From Eledone cirrhosa (Eukaryota): a stretch of DNA of 64,000 nucleotides. Positions 1-13,829 of this stretch are shown here, piece by piece. The notes beneath the pieces were generated by a model. The model worked only from the letters and a program-made list of their open reading frames with translations. It made no database searches and was not told the DNA's origin. The stretch is taken from the NCBI GenBank assembly GCA_964016885.1, contig OZ024755.1, forward strand, positions 37,324,001 through 37,388,000, written 5' to 3'. How positions within the stretch are numbered: position 1 is the stretch's first letter; each line of letters opens with the position of its first letter. Made by a program: the position numbers and the translations under genes.

Positions 1-364
1 AAAACTTCCTTATCTTCTATGCAACTAGGAACCGATCTAGAACCTCTTACTAAAAGACAAACCTCAGAACCAAATTTCTACCCGAGACTCAGACCTGATA
101 TTCCTTAATCTCGATCCCATCTTTCCTTTTTCAGGTTACCCTCCAAAAGCTGAGAATGCTTCCTGCACATATGTAGGCCGCACTGCTCTCAATACTGGCT
201 TTGATCAGTTCACTGAAATAACCCCTTCTATATTTATATGTTTCCCCTTCCACTCTTCGTCCATTCATATTGTTTGACTGGAGGGGCGAGAGAGAGAGTG
301 AAGTTCGGCGCTTCCGAGTTCGGACACATGGCACCTGTCAAGAGTGTATTTTCATGATTAATAT

Positions 365-527
365 ATATATATGTATGTAAAAGGTAAACAGAAATAACAA
401 CACAATCGGTAGAGTATATGAAAGGTATATATTAGGTTCACGCTTGATATAGCAGGAAGAGGGTCTTAACGTTTCGGACGCTAGTCCTTCATCAGAAGAA
501 AGAATGAGAAATAAGACAGATTGAGAG

Positions 528-530
<3 letters not shown>
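365..530 (-). mobile_element. PLE terminal-repeat (pLTR) fragment with minimal hammerhead ribozyme, between (TA)n tracts
   Basis: Reverse complement matches 42617-42740, the 3' end of the GIY-YIG fragment at 41840. Confidence 0.75.
464..499 (-). ncRNA. Minimal type I hammerhead ribozyme
   Basis: Minus strand TCTT-CTGATGA-A-GGAC-TAGC-GTCC-GAAACGTT-AAGA; stems I and II pair, stem III is a palindromic ACGT. Confidence 0.75.
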
Positions 531-579
<49 letters not shown>

Positions 580-959
580 CAAGTATGTTTTGAAACACCT
601 AATCAAGTTGTAGAAATACTAAATGAGGTTTAGAATAAAGCAGCATTGCAGTTCAGATTTGTATAAATGATTTCTTTACTTTTTATGTATAAATGGCACC
701 ATTTCATACATGGTTAGACACTACACTTAGAAATGAACGTACACGTAGTTAATGGTAACACAGACACGTGCACCATAACATAGTTCTCAAGGTGATACAG
801 AGTGATACAGTGTGTGATAAGGTCATTCCTTTGATTTAAATTACAACATACTTTTTCCAGTTGAGTGGACTAGAGAACCCTGAAATAAAGTTCCATGCTG
901 AAGGACACTCAGCTGGAAAGAAATGCGTTGCACACATAATTCAAAGGGTCAACCTTCTC

Positions 960-1105
960 CCACATTGCGTCACGCTGAATATCCTCGAGAACTGCGTTAA
1001 GTATACACGTGTCTGTGAAATACTGTCATTTGCACGTTAATTTTATGAGCTAGAGTTCCGTTGTTCGAAAAACCTTAAACACTCGTCTTCGAAACCGACG
1101 GAGGT
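960..1105 (+). mobile_element. SINE 3' fragment related to 21685-21975
   Basis: Shared cacgctgaat..ctgagaa..cgttaag..gtgtc.gtgaaa segment. Confidence 0.5.
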
Positions 1106-1127
1106 CCAACGAACACATATTCTAAAC

Positions 1128-1400
1128 CAGTCATGGGCAACCTGCAGCCCGCAAAGCTCTCTGGATGACTCACCTAAGTCACCTGAGTGAAATCTTTCTG
1201 ATTTTTTTACCCCAACTTTTCAGTTGTAATTTACTTTTCTATCATTTTTACGATCGAGGAAAACAACGTGTAGGAATTCTGAAGAAACAAATCAAAACAA
1301 CTTGAGTTACCGCCCTTTTTTTTAATGTGGGCACGAATGTAAATTAGCGCTTGCGGCCCGCCTGATGATAAGCCATATCTCATGCGGCCCGCTTCTCGAT
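1128..1400 (-). mobile_element. hAT(Charlie)-like MITE, one end truncated
   Basis: Starts CAGTCATGGGCAAC; reverse complement of 53708-53998. Confidence 0.7.
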
Positions 1401-1689
1401 CTAAACAAATAGGTTGAGTTGATACGTTTCTCTGAAATGTCTACCCTAAGAACAAGGAATTGTATATCACTTGAACACGTAATGTCACAGTTGGTTCCTT
1501 TCTTCTTATGGAATGGTATGGACACGTGACTCATTATAAAGTCGTAGGGACGCCATATTCACATATGGCGTTTCTAGGGCATTTTAAAACCTGGCGGAGC
1601 CCATCCCTCTCCAGGCCCGAATACAGTAGATTTCTTCCAGAGAAAGATAGAAAGTGAGAGAAATGAAGTAAGAAAGAGATATAGAGGAA

Positions 1690-2394
1690 GGATCGGCCCC
1701 AGTACTAGATCTCCCCAGATTCCGGGAGGGATGGACCCCAGTACTAGATCTCCCCAGATTCCGGGAGGGATCGACCCCAGTACTAGATCTCTCCAGATTC
1801 CGGGAGGGATGGACCCCAGTACTAGATCTCCCCAGATTCCGGGAGGGATCGACCCCAGTACTAGATCTCTCCAGATTCCGGGAGGGATGGACCCCAGTAC
1901 TAGATCTCCCCAGATTCCGGGAGGGATCGGCCCCAGTACTAGATCTCCCCAGATTCCGGGAGGGATGGACCCCAGTACTAGATCTCCCCAGATTCCGGGA
2001 GGGATCGACCCCAGTACTAGATCTCTCCAGATTCCGGGAGGGATGGACCCCAGTACTAGATCTCCCCAGATTCCGGGAGGGATGGACCCCAGTACTAGAT
2101 CTCCCCAGATTCCGGGAGGGATCGACCCCAGTACTAGATCTCCCCAGATTCCGGGAGGGATCGACCCCAGTACTAGATCTCCCCAGATTCCGGTAGGGAT
2201 CGACCCCAGTACTAGATCTCTCCAGATTCCGGGAGGGATCGACCCCAGTACTAGATCTCTCCAGATTCCGGGAGGGATCGACCCCAGTACTAGATCTCCC
2301 CAGATTCCGGGAGGGATCGACCCCAGTACTAGATCTCCCCAGATTCCGGGAGGGATGGACCCCAGTACTAGATCTCCCCAGATTCCGGGAGGAT
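1690..2394. repeat. 39-bp minisatellite, ~18 copies
   Basis: Unit GACCCCAGTACTAGATCTCCCCAGATTCCGGGAGGGATC/G repeated head to tail. Confidence 0.97.
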
Positions 2395-2900
2395 GCTATA
2401 ACTACTAAGCTAATATATTTATAGATATTTACATTGTCACAACTACCTTCTAAATTCCCCCAATGTTTCTTAAGTCATAGAAAAATTAACACTTCTACCT
2501 ACAGGCTTGAGATATTCTTAAAAAGATGACATTTAATGCCCAGGATTCCCTGGCAATTAGTTCCCAAGTCTTGGGTTCAATTGAGTAGCACTTTGTGTCC
2601 TTAAGCTAGCCACTTCCTTTCACATATAACCCTCAGACAGTTGCGCGTAATTTTAAGATGATTGCATCAACTGGAACCAACAGATTTTCAACATATGTTT
2701 GCGAGGCAATGTTCCGGTAGGTCCACAGCGAAGTATAGGCTACGCACTTAGAATACAGAAACATTTTATTTATATTAAAAAATGTGTTTCCCTGTGGTGA
2801 AAATTCTCGATCTTATATGTATATTATATGAAGCGTCTTCGTTCATACGTTTATCTGTATGTATGTCTATTTATGGTTATAATTGGGTATATTAGTATAT

Positions 2901-3471
2901 ACTAGCAGTGGTACCCGGCGTTGCATGGTATAAGGTATTGTGAAATATATAACCGCCTTAGCTAAGCTTAGTATTGCCACAACCACGGCTGGCAAAGAAG
3001 TAAGGGTCTGGTGGTACGTAAGTAAGCAACACTGTGGCTTAAAACGTGAGGAAGAAGTTGTGTGCACTTACCAACTGTTTGGGGAATGAGTGTGAGATTT
3101 GTCTTGAGCAAGGGTGGCAGAATAACCGGAGGCAGCAGACAGCCAGACATACAGACAGATATTATAAGGGCGCGTCTGGACGCAGAGCGAATTGTAGGAA
3201 CAGACATACAGACAGATATTATAAGGGCGCGACGTTATATGTATGTATCTATCTAAAAAGAGAAAGACTAAGAATTATAGAGAGAGATCGCTAAATCGCC
3301 TAATGCGGTCCCTGGGGCATTGAAAATTTGAATTTGTTTTGGCTCAGAACACTCCCTGAAACATAAGTATTACATGTGTAAAGTTGGAAAACAGTCGGTT
3401 GGGTGCTTCTCTAGTTTTAGGGATTCAAACTCACACACACAGACAGACATCCTCAGTTTTATATACATAGA
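2901..3471 (-). mobile_element. Non-autonomous Helitron-like element
   Basis: Minus strand starts TCTATGTATATAAAA followed by GTCT/GT microsatellite, and ends with hairpin ..gcaacgccgggtac..CTAGT. Confidence 0.6.
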
Positions 3472-4248
3472 TAAATGTGTGGGTTTGGATTTAGCTTCAT
3501 ATTTCTGTTTGAATTATCTAGGTGTGCATGTGTACGTTCGAATTTGTGTGTGTGTATATGCAATGGCATTTGTACGTATGTAAGCGTTCGAATATATGCT
3601 TGTATTTATTCTTATCTCAGGGAAATCTATTTGTTTGTGTGTGTATGCATACATATATGCAATCATGTAAGTGTGCATATGTGCTTGTAATTTCTTATAG
3701 TTTGGTCTTTTAGTACGAATGACTTTATCTTTATACACATCATATACGTTTTACTGTCTATTTTTTGTATGTGTTTGCATCACTGGTAGTATCTGCGTGG
3801 TTCTATATGCGTGGCTTTATTAGTGGGTGATTATCCGTGTACTTGTTTCGTGTGTACTCATGAAGGCATGTGTGTAATTATTTGTGTGTGTCTGAACATG
3901 TGTGACAACGTCTTAATCGATACATTGGTTGAACATTTATATAAGTTTATAACTGTCATTTCAATAGTAATGAATACACTGAAGAAACTGTGGACTTTTG
4001 TACATTTTGTGTTGCTGTCGAATGATAACACATTATACGAGCATCTACTTTATTTCTTTTCTATATTGTGTAGTAAGTTATCTTTTTATCGTACACAATT
4101 TTGTGGAGAAATATCTGTTTTATGTAATACATATGTATAAAGTATAGAAATAGATCGGTACATTTACAAACATACATACAAAATAAATATATATATCCCA
4201 TCACTATTTCTCCCCCTCTCTCTCTTCCTCCCCCCTCTCTCTCTCTCG

Positions 4249-4288
<40 letters not shown>

Positions 4289-4310
4289 AAAAAGTAAACA
4301 GAAATAACAA

Positions 4311-4775
4311 CACATATATATATGCACGTATCGGTTTACCGAACATTTATTATAATGCTCGGTTTGTTTGTAAACAAACAAACAGCCCGAATTACGCCAT
4401 ACAGTGTTTATCGTTTTCGGTGCGCCCGGCCGACTAAACTCACTCGATATGCAAATTAGGCTGCTCAGCCGTTAATATGCATAAGGAAAGTATATACTTT
4501 CAGACGTTCAACCATCTGGCAGGAAGGTATACGATGCTGACGATAGCTAATAAGCTTGAAACTAGTACATCGTTCCTGTGTCAGTGTTGAACAAAAAGGT
4601 GAGGTGGTTGCCTAAACATTGTACGGCGTAATTCGGGCTGTTTGTTTGTTTACAAACAAACCGAGCATTATAATAAATGTTCGGTAAACCGATACGTGCA
4701 TATATATATGTGTGCATATATTTATATATATACATACTACTGTACGTCTGTATACATATATGTATGTACGTATAC
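4311..4775. mobile_element. Fold-back element: ~100-bp inverted arms (4311-4410 / 4613-4712) enclosing a hammerhead ribozyme
   Basis: Arms are near-perfect reverse complements; related module at 30055-30290. Confidence 0.8.
4521..4577 (+). ncRNA. Type I hammerhead ribozyme, intact core
   Basis: ACGATG-CTGACGA-T-AGC-TAATAA-GCT-T-GAAA-CTAG-TA-CATCGT; perfect 6-bp stem I, extended by AGGA/TCCT beyond a bulge; GUA cleavage triplet. Confidence 0.85.
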
Positions 4776-5459
4776 ATACATGCATATATAAATATATATG
4801 TATATATATACCAGAAGCTGAGCAACGACCAATATTCTGCTAAATATAACGAAGGTGAATTTATATATACTTAACCAGTAATTTCAGCGGGTTCGACCAT
4901 AACATCGCAATATATAAAAATATAAACGGTGAAAACTTTTAGGTTTTGCATAATGCTAAGAATGGGAAAAAATATTTGCCCTTTTCATAAACCGAAGGAA
5001 CATATTATTTACATCGAAACATTCCAGCCATATCTCCATCATACTTAAAAATGTACTTTAGGTCAACAGAAGACCCTTTGACCTACCATCAAGGAAAATC
5101 GTTGTCGACAAAGCTTCTTATTATTGAACCCGAAAGATTAAGGGATTCCATGATATAATTTACTTTGCTCCCTATACACATTTCAAAAAGAATCATCGGC
5201 TTAATATGAAAATAAGCCGCAACGCAACGTGCTTTTAACCAACGCTTATCTCTAAATGTCAAAACCAATACATCTAACTGACGAACTTTTCGCAATAACC
5301 TTTCTCTTTTTGCATACCACAAGCGAACTTAACCAGATGATGCTACGAATACAGTACAGTGAAATATATTGTAGCTATTCTTTAGTAAAGTATACATTTT
5401 CAGTGAAATAATGAAGAAAATTAACTGTGAATCTATACATACATATGTGTATGTAGGAC

Positions 5460-5532
<73 letters not shown>

Positions 5533-5534
<2 letters not shown>

Positions 5535-5790
5535 AAAGTTTTATTTAAATTGTTGGGATACAACAAGCAAATATTTTTATAACTGATATAAAGCACTCAA
5601 CAAATATTTGGAGTAGATATACGATATTAATAAATGGAAACTATATTTATAAAACCATATTTATTTCATTATATATATTTCAAGGATACCAAGTTACATT
5701 ATGGTATGCCTTCATCAGACAAAATACAATATATAACAGTTTTATAAATAGACATTGACGTACCCCTTTAAAAATAGACCGTTGCTTTTG
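5533..5790 (-). mobile_element. Family A pLTR module with hammerhead (~5664-5724)
   Basis: Minus strand CTGATGA-aggcatacca..tggtatcctt-GAAA-tatata; abuts (TA)n; ~10 related copies in window. Confidence 0.75.
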
Positions 5791-5794
5791 GAGA

Positions 5795-7640
5795 TGGCCT
5801 CCATACATGGCTGCATACATCTTATACATGAGGTTCTGGCATGCAATGGGTCGGTAGTTTTCTGCCAAGTGGGTGTCTTTGTTCTTGGGGACCAGTAATG
5901 TTTGTGCTAATGTCAACCATTCTGGTATAAGTGTATCTCCCTTAAGAACTTGTTGGTAGAGGTCAGTAAGATACCTCCGATAGAATATCAGTTTTTTGTA
6001 CCAGTAGCCGACAATCATGTCTCTTCCTGGTGTTTTCTTATCTTGGAGTTTTCCTATCACAGTCTCAAGGGTACCCTCACTTATTTCCTATGTTTTTGTT
6101 GCAGTGTAGAAGCAATAGTTCTTTCGGATTTCTCTTAGCCACACTGTATCTTGGTTGAAATTCTTCTTTTCACCTCATTTTGCTCCAAAAGGAATCTATG
6201 TCTTTCTGGGATGGGGCCTCAGTGACACTTATTATTTTGTTCTTCATATTTCTATAGACTGATGTTTGGTTTCGTCTGAATCTTTTATTAAGCACTTTTC
6301 TCTCATCTACCTTCTTCAGGTATCGGCGTTTTTCGCTAACAGCTCTCAATTCTTGTTTGAGGGTGATCAGCTTATATTGGAGAGTTCTGGTTCTACTGTT
6401 ACCAAACATCGTCTCTATTTTATTTTTCACTCTTTGTTGGTGAGGAGTGAGGTTTTTTGTGTTTGTTTGCATGTAAGGAGCATTGTCACATAACCTATGG
6501 TTTTTCGTAGGTCAGCAATCTTTTTTTCTATTTTAGTTATATATGATGGTATTTTTGGTGGTGTTCTGTTCTTGTTAATATCTCTGTTATCACCAAGATA
6601 ATGCTTCACTGTCGTTGATTTGCCAAAATGTTGGGGTTTTTATCCGTCGTAAATATTCATCCCCTATTTCGTCAATAACACGTAGTATTTCATTATTTGG
6701 TTTTTCATTAAACATTGTCGTTTTAATACGCTCAGCAAGAGAGATATTTATACATCTCTCTGGATATTTATTTATCTCTCTGGAAGATTTCGTTGAGGGA
6801 AATTTTCAATTGTTTATACTTTTGATTATTATCATTATCGATAGTATTTTCCACAACAGTCGAGGTAGACTCGGATGGTACACGTGGTGTCAAATTTCTT
6901 CGATTATTATTATTACTTCTTCGATTATTATTATTATCGATAGTGTTTTCCCCAGCATTCGAGGTAGACTTAGATGGTACAGGTGGTGTCAAGTTTCTTA
7001 CAGGAATAGTTGTTTCAAAGCGCTGTTCGATCTAGCTGCTAGGAAGCCTAGTAGCATGGCGACCTGTAGCACGTGTTGTTGATTCCATATTTGTTGTGGG
7101 GGGACTTACAATTAATAATATTTATCTTATTTTTACGTTCAACAAACGTCGCTTGTTGGCGTAATTGTTTCGCTATGAAATAATTTAGCTCTGGGTGCAT
7201 TTCGTCCCAGTGTAGCTTCATTCTGTTCATATAGCCAATGGAGGGATTGTTTTTTGCCATTTTATAGCAATTAAATAAATCATTATTAAGTTCGCAACTC
7301 CAAGAGAAATGCGATTTATAATTTCGGTTTCTTCTGTAGCTGCAACTGAATAAAGTTTGTTTACCTTTCTTGTTATTTGTCTTCGGTACTTCCTCAATTT
7401 TGTTGTTGATGTTGTGTTCAGCCATGCTGTTTGTAGCAAATCCTTGTAAAATGAATTATGTTTTTAGTCGGATATCTCTACGGATTCGAATAAAAAGTGT
7501 CTTCAGAAGATATAGTTAGAAGAATAACCAGTTATTCAACATGACTGTAGTTGTGGCATTACTGTCGGAGATAGTATTCATCTTAAATTTAAGAAATAGT
7601 CTCCCACGCCAAAATATAGGACTGATCGCGTTGACTGTAT
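5795..7640 (-). mobile_element. Degenerate R4/Dong-like non-LTR retrotransposon, 5' half
   Basis: ORF pieces GYMNRMKLHWDEMHPEL..KQLRQQA and KTPGRDMIVGYWYKKL..PEWLT..LVPK..ENYRPIACQNLMYK (RT domains 0-2); frameshifted; adjacent to (TATG)n. Confidence 0.7.
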
Positions 7641-8073
7641 ATGTATGTATGTATGTATATATGTAAGTTCTTCTGTTTTTATAATGTATGTATGTATGTA
7701 TGTATTTATGTATGTATAGGCATTGTTCTTTACTACGAAATACTAAGCATGGTTATATAGCAACTGGAGAAAAATTATATATATGAAATTACATACTCAC
7801 AAAAACAGACGATATAGAATTTTCGCAAAAAATAAAAAATAAAAATAGAGAGGAAAAACATCAAAATAAAATCAATTCTTATTAAAATATTCATATGTTA
7901 ATGTAAAATGATTAGATGTTGACCGGAAATGCTAATTGTACGAAAGAGTTAGGAAGTTTTGAGTAATAAATCACATTATCGGAGGAAGATACTTAACAAG
8001 GTATAATAATAGGAAATTTGATCTAAAATATAATGTCAGAACTATGTGTGTATGAGCGTATGTGTGAGGGCGC

Positions 8074-8075
<2 letters not shown>

Positions 8076-8145
<70 letters not shown>

Positions 8146-8154
8146 ATATATATG

Positions 8155-8201
<47 letters not shown>

Positions 8202-8426
8202 GTATATATATATGTATGTATATATATATGTATATATATATATATGTATATATATATGTATGTATAAATATATATATATGTATATATATATGTATGTATA
8301 AATATATATATATGTATATATATATATGTATGTATATATACATATATATATACATATATATGTATATAGACATATATATATATACATATATATGTATATA
8401 TACATATATATATATACATATATATG

Positions 8427-8457
<31 letters not shown>

Positions 8458-8624
8458 GTATGTATATATACATATATATATATATATACATATATATGTA
8501 TATATACATATATATATATGTATATATATACATATATATATGTATGTATATATACATATATATATATATATACATATATATGTATATATACATATATATA
8601 TATGTATATATATACATATATATG

Positions 8625-8659
<35 letters not shown>

Positions 8660-8660
8660 G

Positions 8661-8727
<67 letters not shown>

Positions 8728-8730
8728 ATG

Positions 8731-8807
<77 letters not shown>

Positions 8808-8836
8808 ATATATATATATATATATATATAGTGAGA

Positions 8837-8869
<33 letters not shown>

Positions 8870-8870
8870 C
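8076..8870. repeat. (TA)n/(TATG)n microsatellite followed by (GA)n
   Basis: Direct reading. Confidence 0.97.
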
Positions 8871-10890
8871 AATAATGAAATTAATAGGAAAAGGAAATCC
8901 ATAATACTATTTTTCAACAACTACAAACTTAATTTAGAAATCGAGAATAATTACAAAATCGTTAACTTCTTAGATCTAACCTTAAACCTTAGCACACGAA
9001 AATCTAAATTACGTAAGTTTCAATTCTAATCATCCTAGAAATATTAAAAATACTATTGTCAATAGCGTCCAACATTGGATTTCACGCATCTCTGCTAATA
9101 AAAATATTTTTGATGATAAGGCTGAATATTACAATGAAGCTTTACATAGAGCAGGATACTCGAATAAAATTAAATACATATATAACAATAACATGATAAA
9201 TCATCCTAGAAATAATTATAATAATAATAAGCAATTTAACTTAAACACCAAAACAAACAAAAAAACTAGAATTAGAAATATTATTTGGTACTCTCCCCCA
9301 TTCTCATTAAGCGTTAAAACACCTTTAGCAAAGCTATTTTTTAAAGCATTAGATAAATGTTTTCCTAAAGAGCCCACAGACACCACTCTATTTTTAACAG
9401 ACACACTATAAAACTATCCTACTCTACTACTATGAACATAGCACAAAAAATAAATAGAATTAATAATAGAAACTTACATTTAAACACTAACCAAACTCAC
9501 CAAGAGAGCAATAATAATATTTCTAACAACAATATTCAGAATAATAGTACCGTTCTGAACAACAACTCCAGAAAATGTAACTGTAGAATTAAATCAAACT
9601 GCCCCTTACAAAATAATTGCTTAGGCAAAAACGTAATTTATAAATGCACAGTTAAATGATCTTCCTTTTAATTTTTTAAAATATTTCTACTATTTTTACC
9701 ATTTGACATTAATTCTTTAATTTTTTAATATATTGTTTACTATTTTTACCTTTTGACATTATTTTCCTAATGATACCCTTCCAAATATATTTTTTTAGAT
9801 GTAGATTGATAATCTTTAATTGACATTCTGAAAGTTTATCCTCTTTACAATAGTTCTTCGAAAAGCACATTACTTTTTTCCTCTTCTTTTGATCTTCAAA
9901 CTTTCACACATCTTTCGACTAAAATAATATATAATTTAAATTAATCTCACACAAAATAATTTATAATTTTCTCTATATATTTTCTGAGTAAATCATTCAT
10001 CAAATTTAACGGTTAACAAACAAGATTGGAGTTATCTTTCCCTTTTCAATCGTGCAAACATAAACTTTGCCTTTCATCCTTACGGGGTCGATAAAATAAA
10101 GTACCAGTAATGCACTGGATAATTGCTGGCCTTGTGCCTAAAGTAGAAACAATTATATTATATTATAATATAATATGTAAGATAAACTATATAACTTCGC
10201 TAAATTAACAATATTCTGAAAACATTTTCAATTGTGGAACAAAATATTTGAATCTACAAACTGCTCTCCTCTTACAACTTGAACCACGTGTTTTTTATGT
10301 AAGATGAAAAAATCAACATCCTTCGTAACTCATATTAGAAATGTAAACAACTAATTATTGTAAATTATTTCTATTTCTATAATACTTATACATGCACAAT
10401 TATTAATCTCTATAGATATTTATATACTTACAACCTATTATAATGTAATAAGATAAAATATACTTACAACCATAATTCTTCATATAATCTAATTGATTAT
10501 ATATACAATATTATAACTCATAATATAGCTAAATAAATTTAAATTCTGTAATCATATTCCACCATTCCCTCAAATTGTTAATTCCTTTTAAATTAACGTA
10601 AATACAAGCTCTTCTTTCTTCTTTTCTTCTTCCTACACATACATACATATATCCTCATTATTTAAATTCTGCATAACGTCTAAAATAACGTTTTTTCAGC
10701 CCTATACCTCAACCTCATTTGCATACTCATCTTAATAATTTGAAATATCTGACTTTTCTTCTATCCAAGAAAAACTTGAACCGTTAAGGTATCTTTTCTT
10801 GGTTATGTCAAAATTTATAAAACAAACTTTGTATTTTATCTGATGAAAGCGTACCAAAGTTTTAGTACCCTTGAAATATATATATAATAG
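8871..10890 (+). mobile_element. 5'-truncated, decayed Penelope-like element (Naiad-like) ending in a family A hammerhead
   Basis: VNFLDLTLNL, SNHP, RNIIWYSPPFS, CNCRIKSNCPLQNNC..VIYKC (thumb, CxCx5C linker, start of GIY-YIG); HHR motif ~10834-10885. Confidence 0.8.
10063..10155 (+). mobile_element. tRNA-SINE 3' half
   Basis: ctttgcctttcatccttacggggtcgataaaataaagtaccag core. Confidence 0.75.
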
Positions 10891-10911
10891 AATAAATATG
10901 TCTGTGTGTGA

Positions 10912-10995
<84 letters not shown>

Positions 10996-10998
<3 letters not shown>

Positions 10999-11115
10999 AA
11001 AAGGTATGATGACCCTGGCGGCAGAGCTCAAGCCGTTTCGACGGCTATTTCTGGACTCAGTATTGAGTACTCTGGTGCGATATGGTCCATCTGGTTCCTT
11101 ACCACAAATCCTTTG

Positions 11116-11118
<3 letters not shown>
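10996..11118. mobile_element. Family C module (two pLTR segments in opposite orientation) between (TA)n
   Basis: Matches segments of 34400-34592, 44650-44788 and 46733-46914. Confidence 0.7.
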
Positions 11119-11165
<47 letters not shown>

Positions 11166-11195
11166 ATGTATGTATATATATATGTATGTGTGTGT

Positions 11196-11362
11196 AAATC
11201 AGGAAAGAAGAGTGACACGGTTTGCTATACAAAAAAGGTTTTTAATCTCATTGCTGACAATTGTTTCTCTGAACTGGTAGGTCTAGAGATCGCTACCCGC
11301 TTGTTTTCACGTTATTCGATCACCAATACAAAGTTATAACCAGTCAATTCATCGGAGCTTGT
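11196..11362 (-). mobile_element. Family D pLTR with degenerate long-stem-II hammerhead
   Basis: Homologous to 26745-26910; CCGATGA...GAAACAATTGTC. Confidence 0.7.
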
Positions 11363-11626
11363 GAGAATGTATGTGTGTGTATTTATATTCGAATCCTACG
11401 CTCCATTTATTACCTTAGAGTCATTGATATTAATATAGTAATATGGTAAATATAGTTAAATACATTTCACGGTTTAACTGATGCGATTCTCAACGTTACA
11501 ATGTTTTGCCACTGGCAACATGGCGATTAGAGTTTTCACACACCAAAGAATTGTGAAGGTGTCCTGAGGAAAGAAAACACTGTATTAATCTTATACAGGC
11601 CCCCCAACTCTGTATATATATATATG

Positions 11627-11987
11627 TAGGAGGTGAGTTTTATTGTAGCACAATAAAGCAATGCAAATATCGGATAAGTAGCACTCAACAATTTACAGGA
11701 CTGGAGTATAAATAATATAAAATCAAAAGATGGTGAAAAGAATTCCATGTATTTTATTATGCACATTTCAAAAACAAATATCATCATGGGATGATATTTG
11801 CGTTCTCATCAGATAAAATAGGGAGACATGATATGAAGCTTAAAACTGATTGCTCGCAAGTGTTTTTTAAGCTTCATATCATGTCTCCCTATTTTATCTG
11901 ATGAAAACGCAAATATCATCCCATGATATTTGTTTTTGAAATGCGCATAATAAAATACATGGAACTCTTTTAACAATCTTTTGATTT

Positions 11988-11995
<8 letters not shown>
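11627..11995. mobile_element. Family B fold-back module with two divergent hammerheads (11752-11818 minus; 11892-11955 plus)
   Basis: TTTTAT-CTGATGA-long stem II-GAAA-TGCGCA-TA-ATAAAA; inverted arms centred ~11855; TA flanks. Confidence 0.85.
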
Positions 11996-12045
<50 letters not shown>

Positions 12046-12051
<6 letters not shown>

Positions 12052-12279
12052 GTTTGTATTTGTAAAGCCAAAACAATGCAGGTATGGACATAGAATATAA
12101 ATGCAATGCAAAAGATATTGTTGACAATTAGTCTTTTACCTAGGTAAAAGACTAATTGTCAACAATATCTTTTGCATTTGCATTTATATACTATATCCAT
12201 AGATGCATTGTTTTGGCTTTACAAATACAAACGTTTATACCTCATTACACAATGCTTCAAGTGAACTATAACTTCCTCC

Positions 12280-12280
<1 letters not shown>
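12046..12280. repeat. Near-perfect ~190-bp palindrome (centre TTTTACCTAGGTAAAA ~12141) with 3' tail, TA-flanked
   Basis: Arms 12046-12141 / 12142-12238. Confidence 0.85.
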
Positions 12281-12314
<34 letters not shown>

Positions 12315-12348
12315 TATATATACATTGTATGTTTACACACACACACAT

Positions 12349-12397
<49 letters not shown>

Positions 12398-12399
<2 letters not shown>

Positions 12400-12835
12400 G
12401 AAGTTATATTTAATTTGTTGGGATGCAACAAGCAAATAATTTTAGAACTGATATAAAGCTCTCAACAAATTATTGGAGTAAAAATACAATATATTAACAA
12501 ATGGAAACTATATTTATAAAACCATATTTATTTCCGTATACATATTTCAAGGACACTAAAGCAAATTATGGTGCGCTTTCATCAGATAAAATATAATATA
12601 GATCAGTTTTATAAACAAATATTGACATACCCTTAAAGAATGCGACCATGTCCGGGAGCTTCCAACCAACATGGTCGCATTCTTTAAGGGTATGTCAATA
12701 TTTTTTTATAAAACTGATCTATATTATATTTTATCTGATGAAAGCGCACCATAATTTGCTTTGGTGTCCTTGAAATATGTATATTGAAATAAATATGGTT
12801 TTATAAATATAGTTTCCATTTGTTAATATATTGTA
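12398..12835. mobile_element. Family A fold-back module with two divergent hammerheads
   Basis: Arms ~12486-12651 / 12669-12834 with 17-nt loop; CTGATGA-aagcgcacca..tggtgtcctt-GAAA on both strands. Confidence 0.85.
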
Positions 12836-13194
12836 TATATATATATATTTATACACACACAATATATGTATATATGTAATCAACAAGAAAAACTACGCAG
12901 GAGAACTATACAATGCATTGGTGGTATACTGGTTTAATGTATATATGTGTATGTGTTTCTACGTGTGTGTGTGCGAAAGAAAGAGAGAGAGAGAACGTGT
13001 GTAAATGAATGGTTTTATGTGAGTCTATAGTCGTGTATTTTAAACAATAGACAAGGGACTAAATATACATATACCTATAAAATGTACATGACAATGTTTT
13101 CAAATAGATATTATATGATGTAATGATTGAAAAATATATTTTATGTATAAATACATGTACAAACACTTATGTGTAAATCCTAATAGATGCACGG

Positions 13195-13797
13195 TTTTAT
13201 ACATATATACATTGTTACATACATACATATATACATATGTTAATACATACATACATACATACATACATACATACATACATACATACACACATACATACAT
13301 ACATTGATACATACATACATTCTTACATACATATGTTAATACATACATATATTCATACATATATACATGCATACGTTCATACATAGATATATGTATATGT
13401 TCATACATACATACATACATACATGCATACATACATACATGCATACGTTCATACATACATACATAAGTGCATATGTTCATCCATACATACGTATGTACAT
13501 ACATACATATATATATATGCATACATACATATATATATACATGCATACATACATATATTCATACGTATATACATACATATGTGCATACATACATATGTTC
13601 ATACATACATACATATGTTCGTACATACATACATATAAATATATACATACATATACACATACATATACATACATATACACATACATATACATACATATAC
13701 ACATACATATACATACATATACATACATATATATATGTATATATATATACATATATATACATATATATATACATACATATATACATATATATACATA

Positions 13798-13829
<32 letters not shown>

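Noticed and set aside
121-350. Possible exon after polypyrimidine tract plus CAG
   Set aside because: All three plus-strand frames hit stops; no good donor site
8023-8920. Long YIYI/ICVC ORFs here and at 13100, 25275, 33390 and 60041
   Set aside because: Translations of (TA)n/(CATA)n microsatellites, which lack stop codons
9657-9659. TGA as a selenocysteine codon (reported for some Naiad PLEs)
   Set aside because: Not at a conserved Cys position, and GIY-YIG similarity ends here; better explained as a deletion breakpoint
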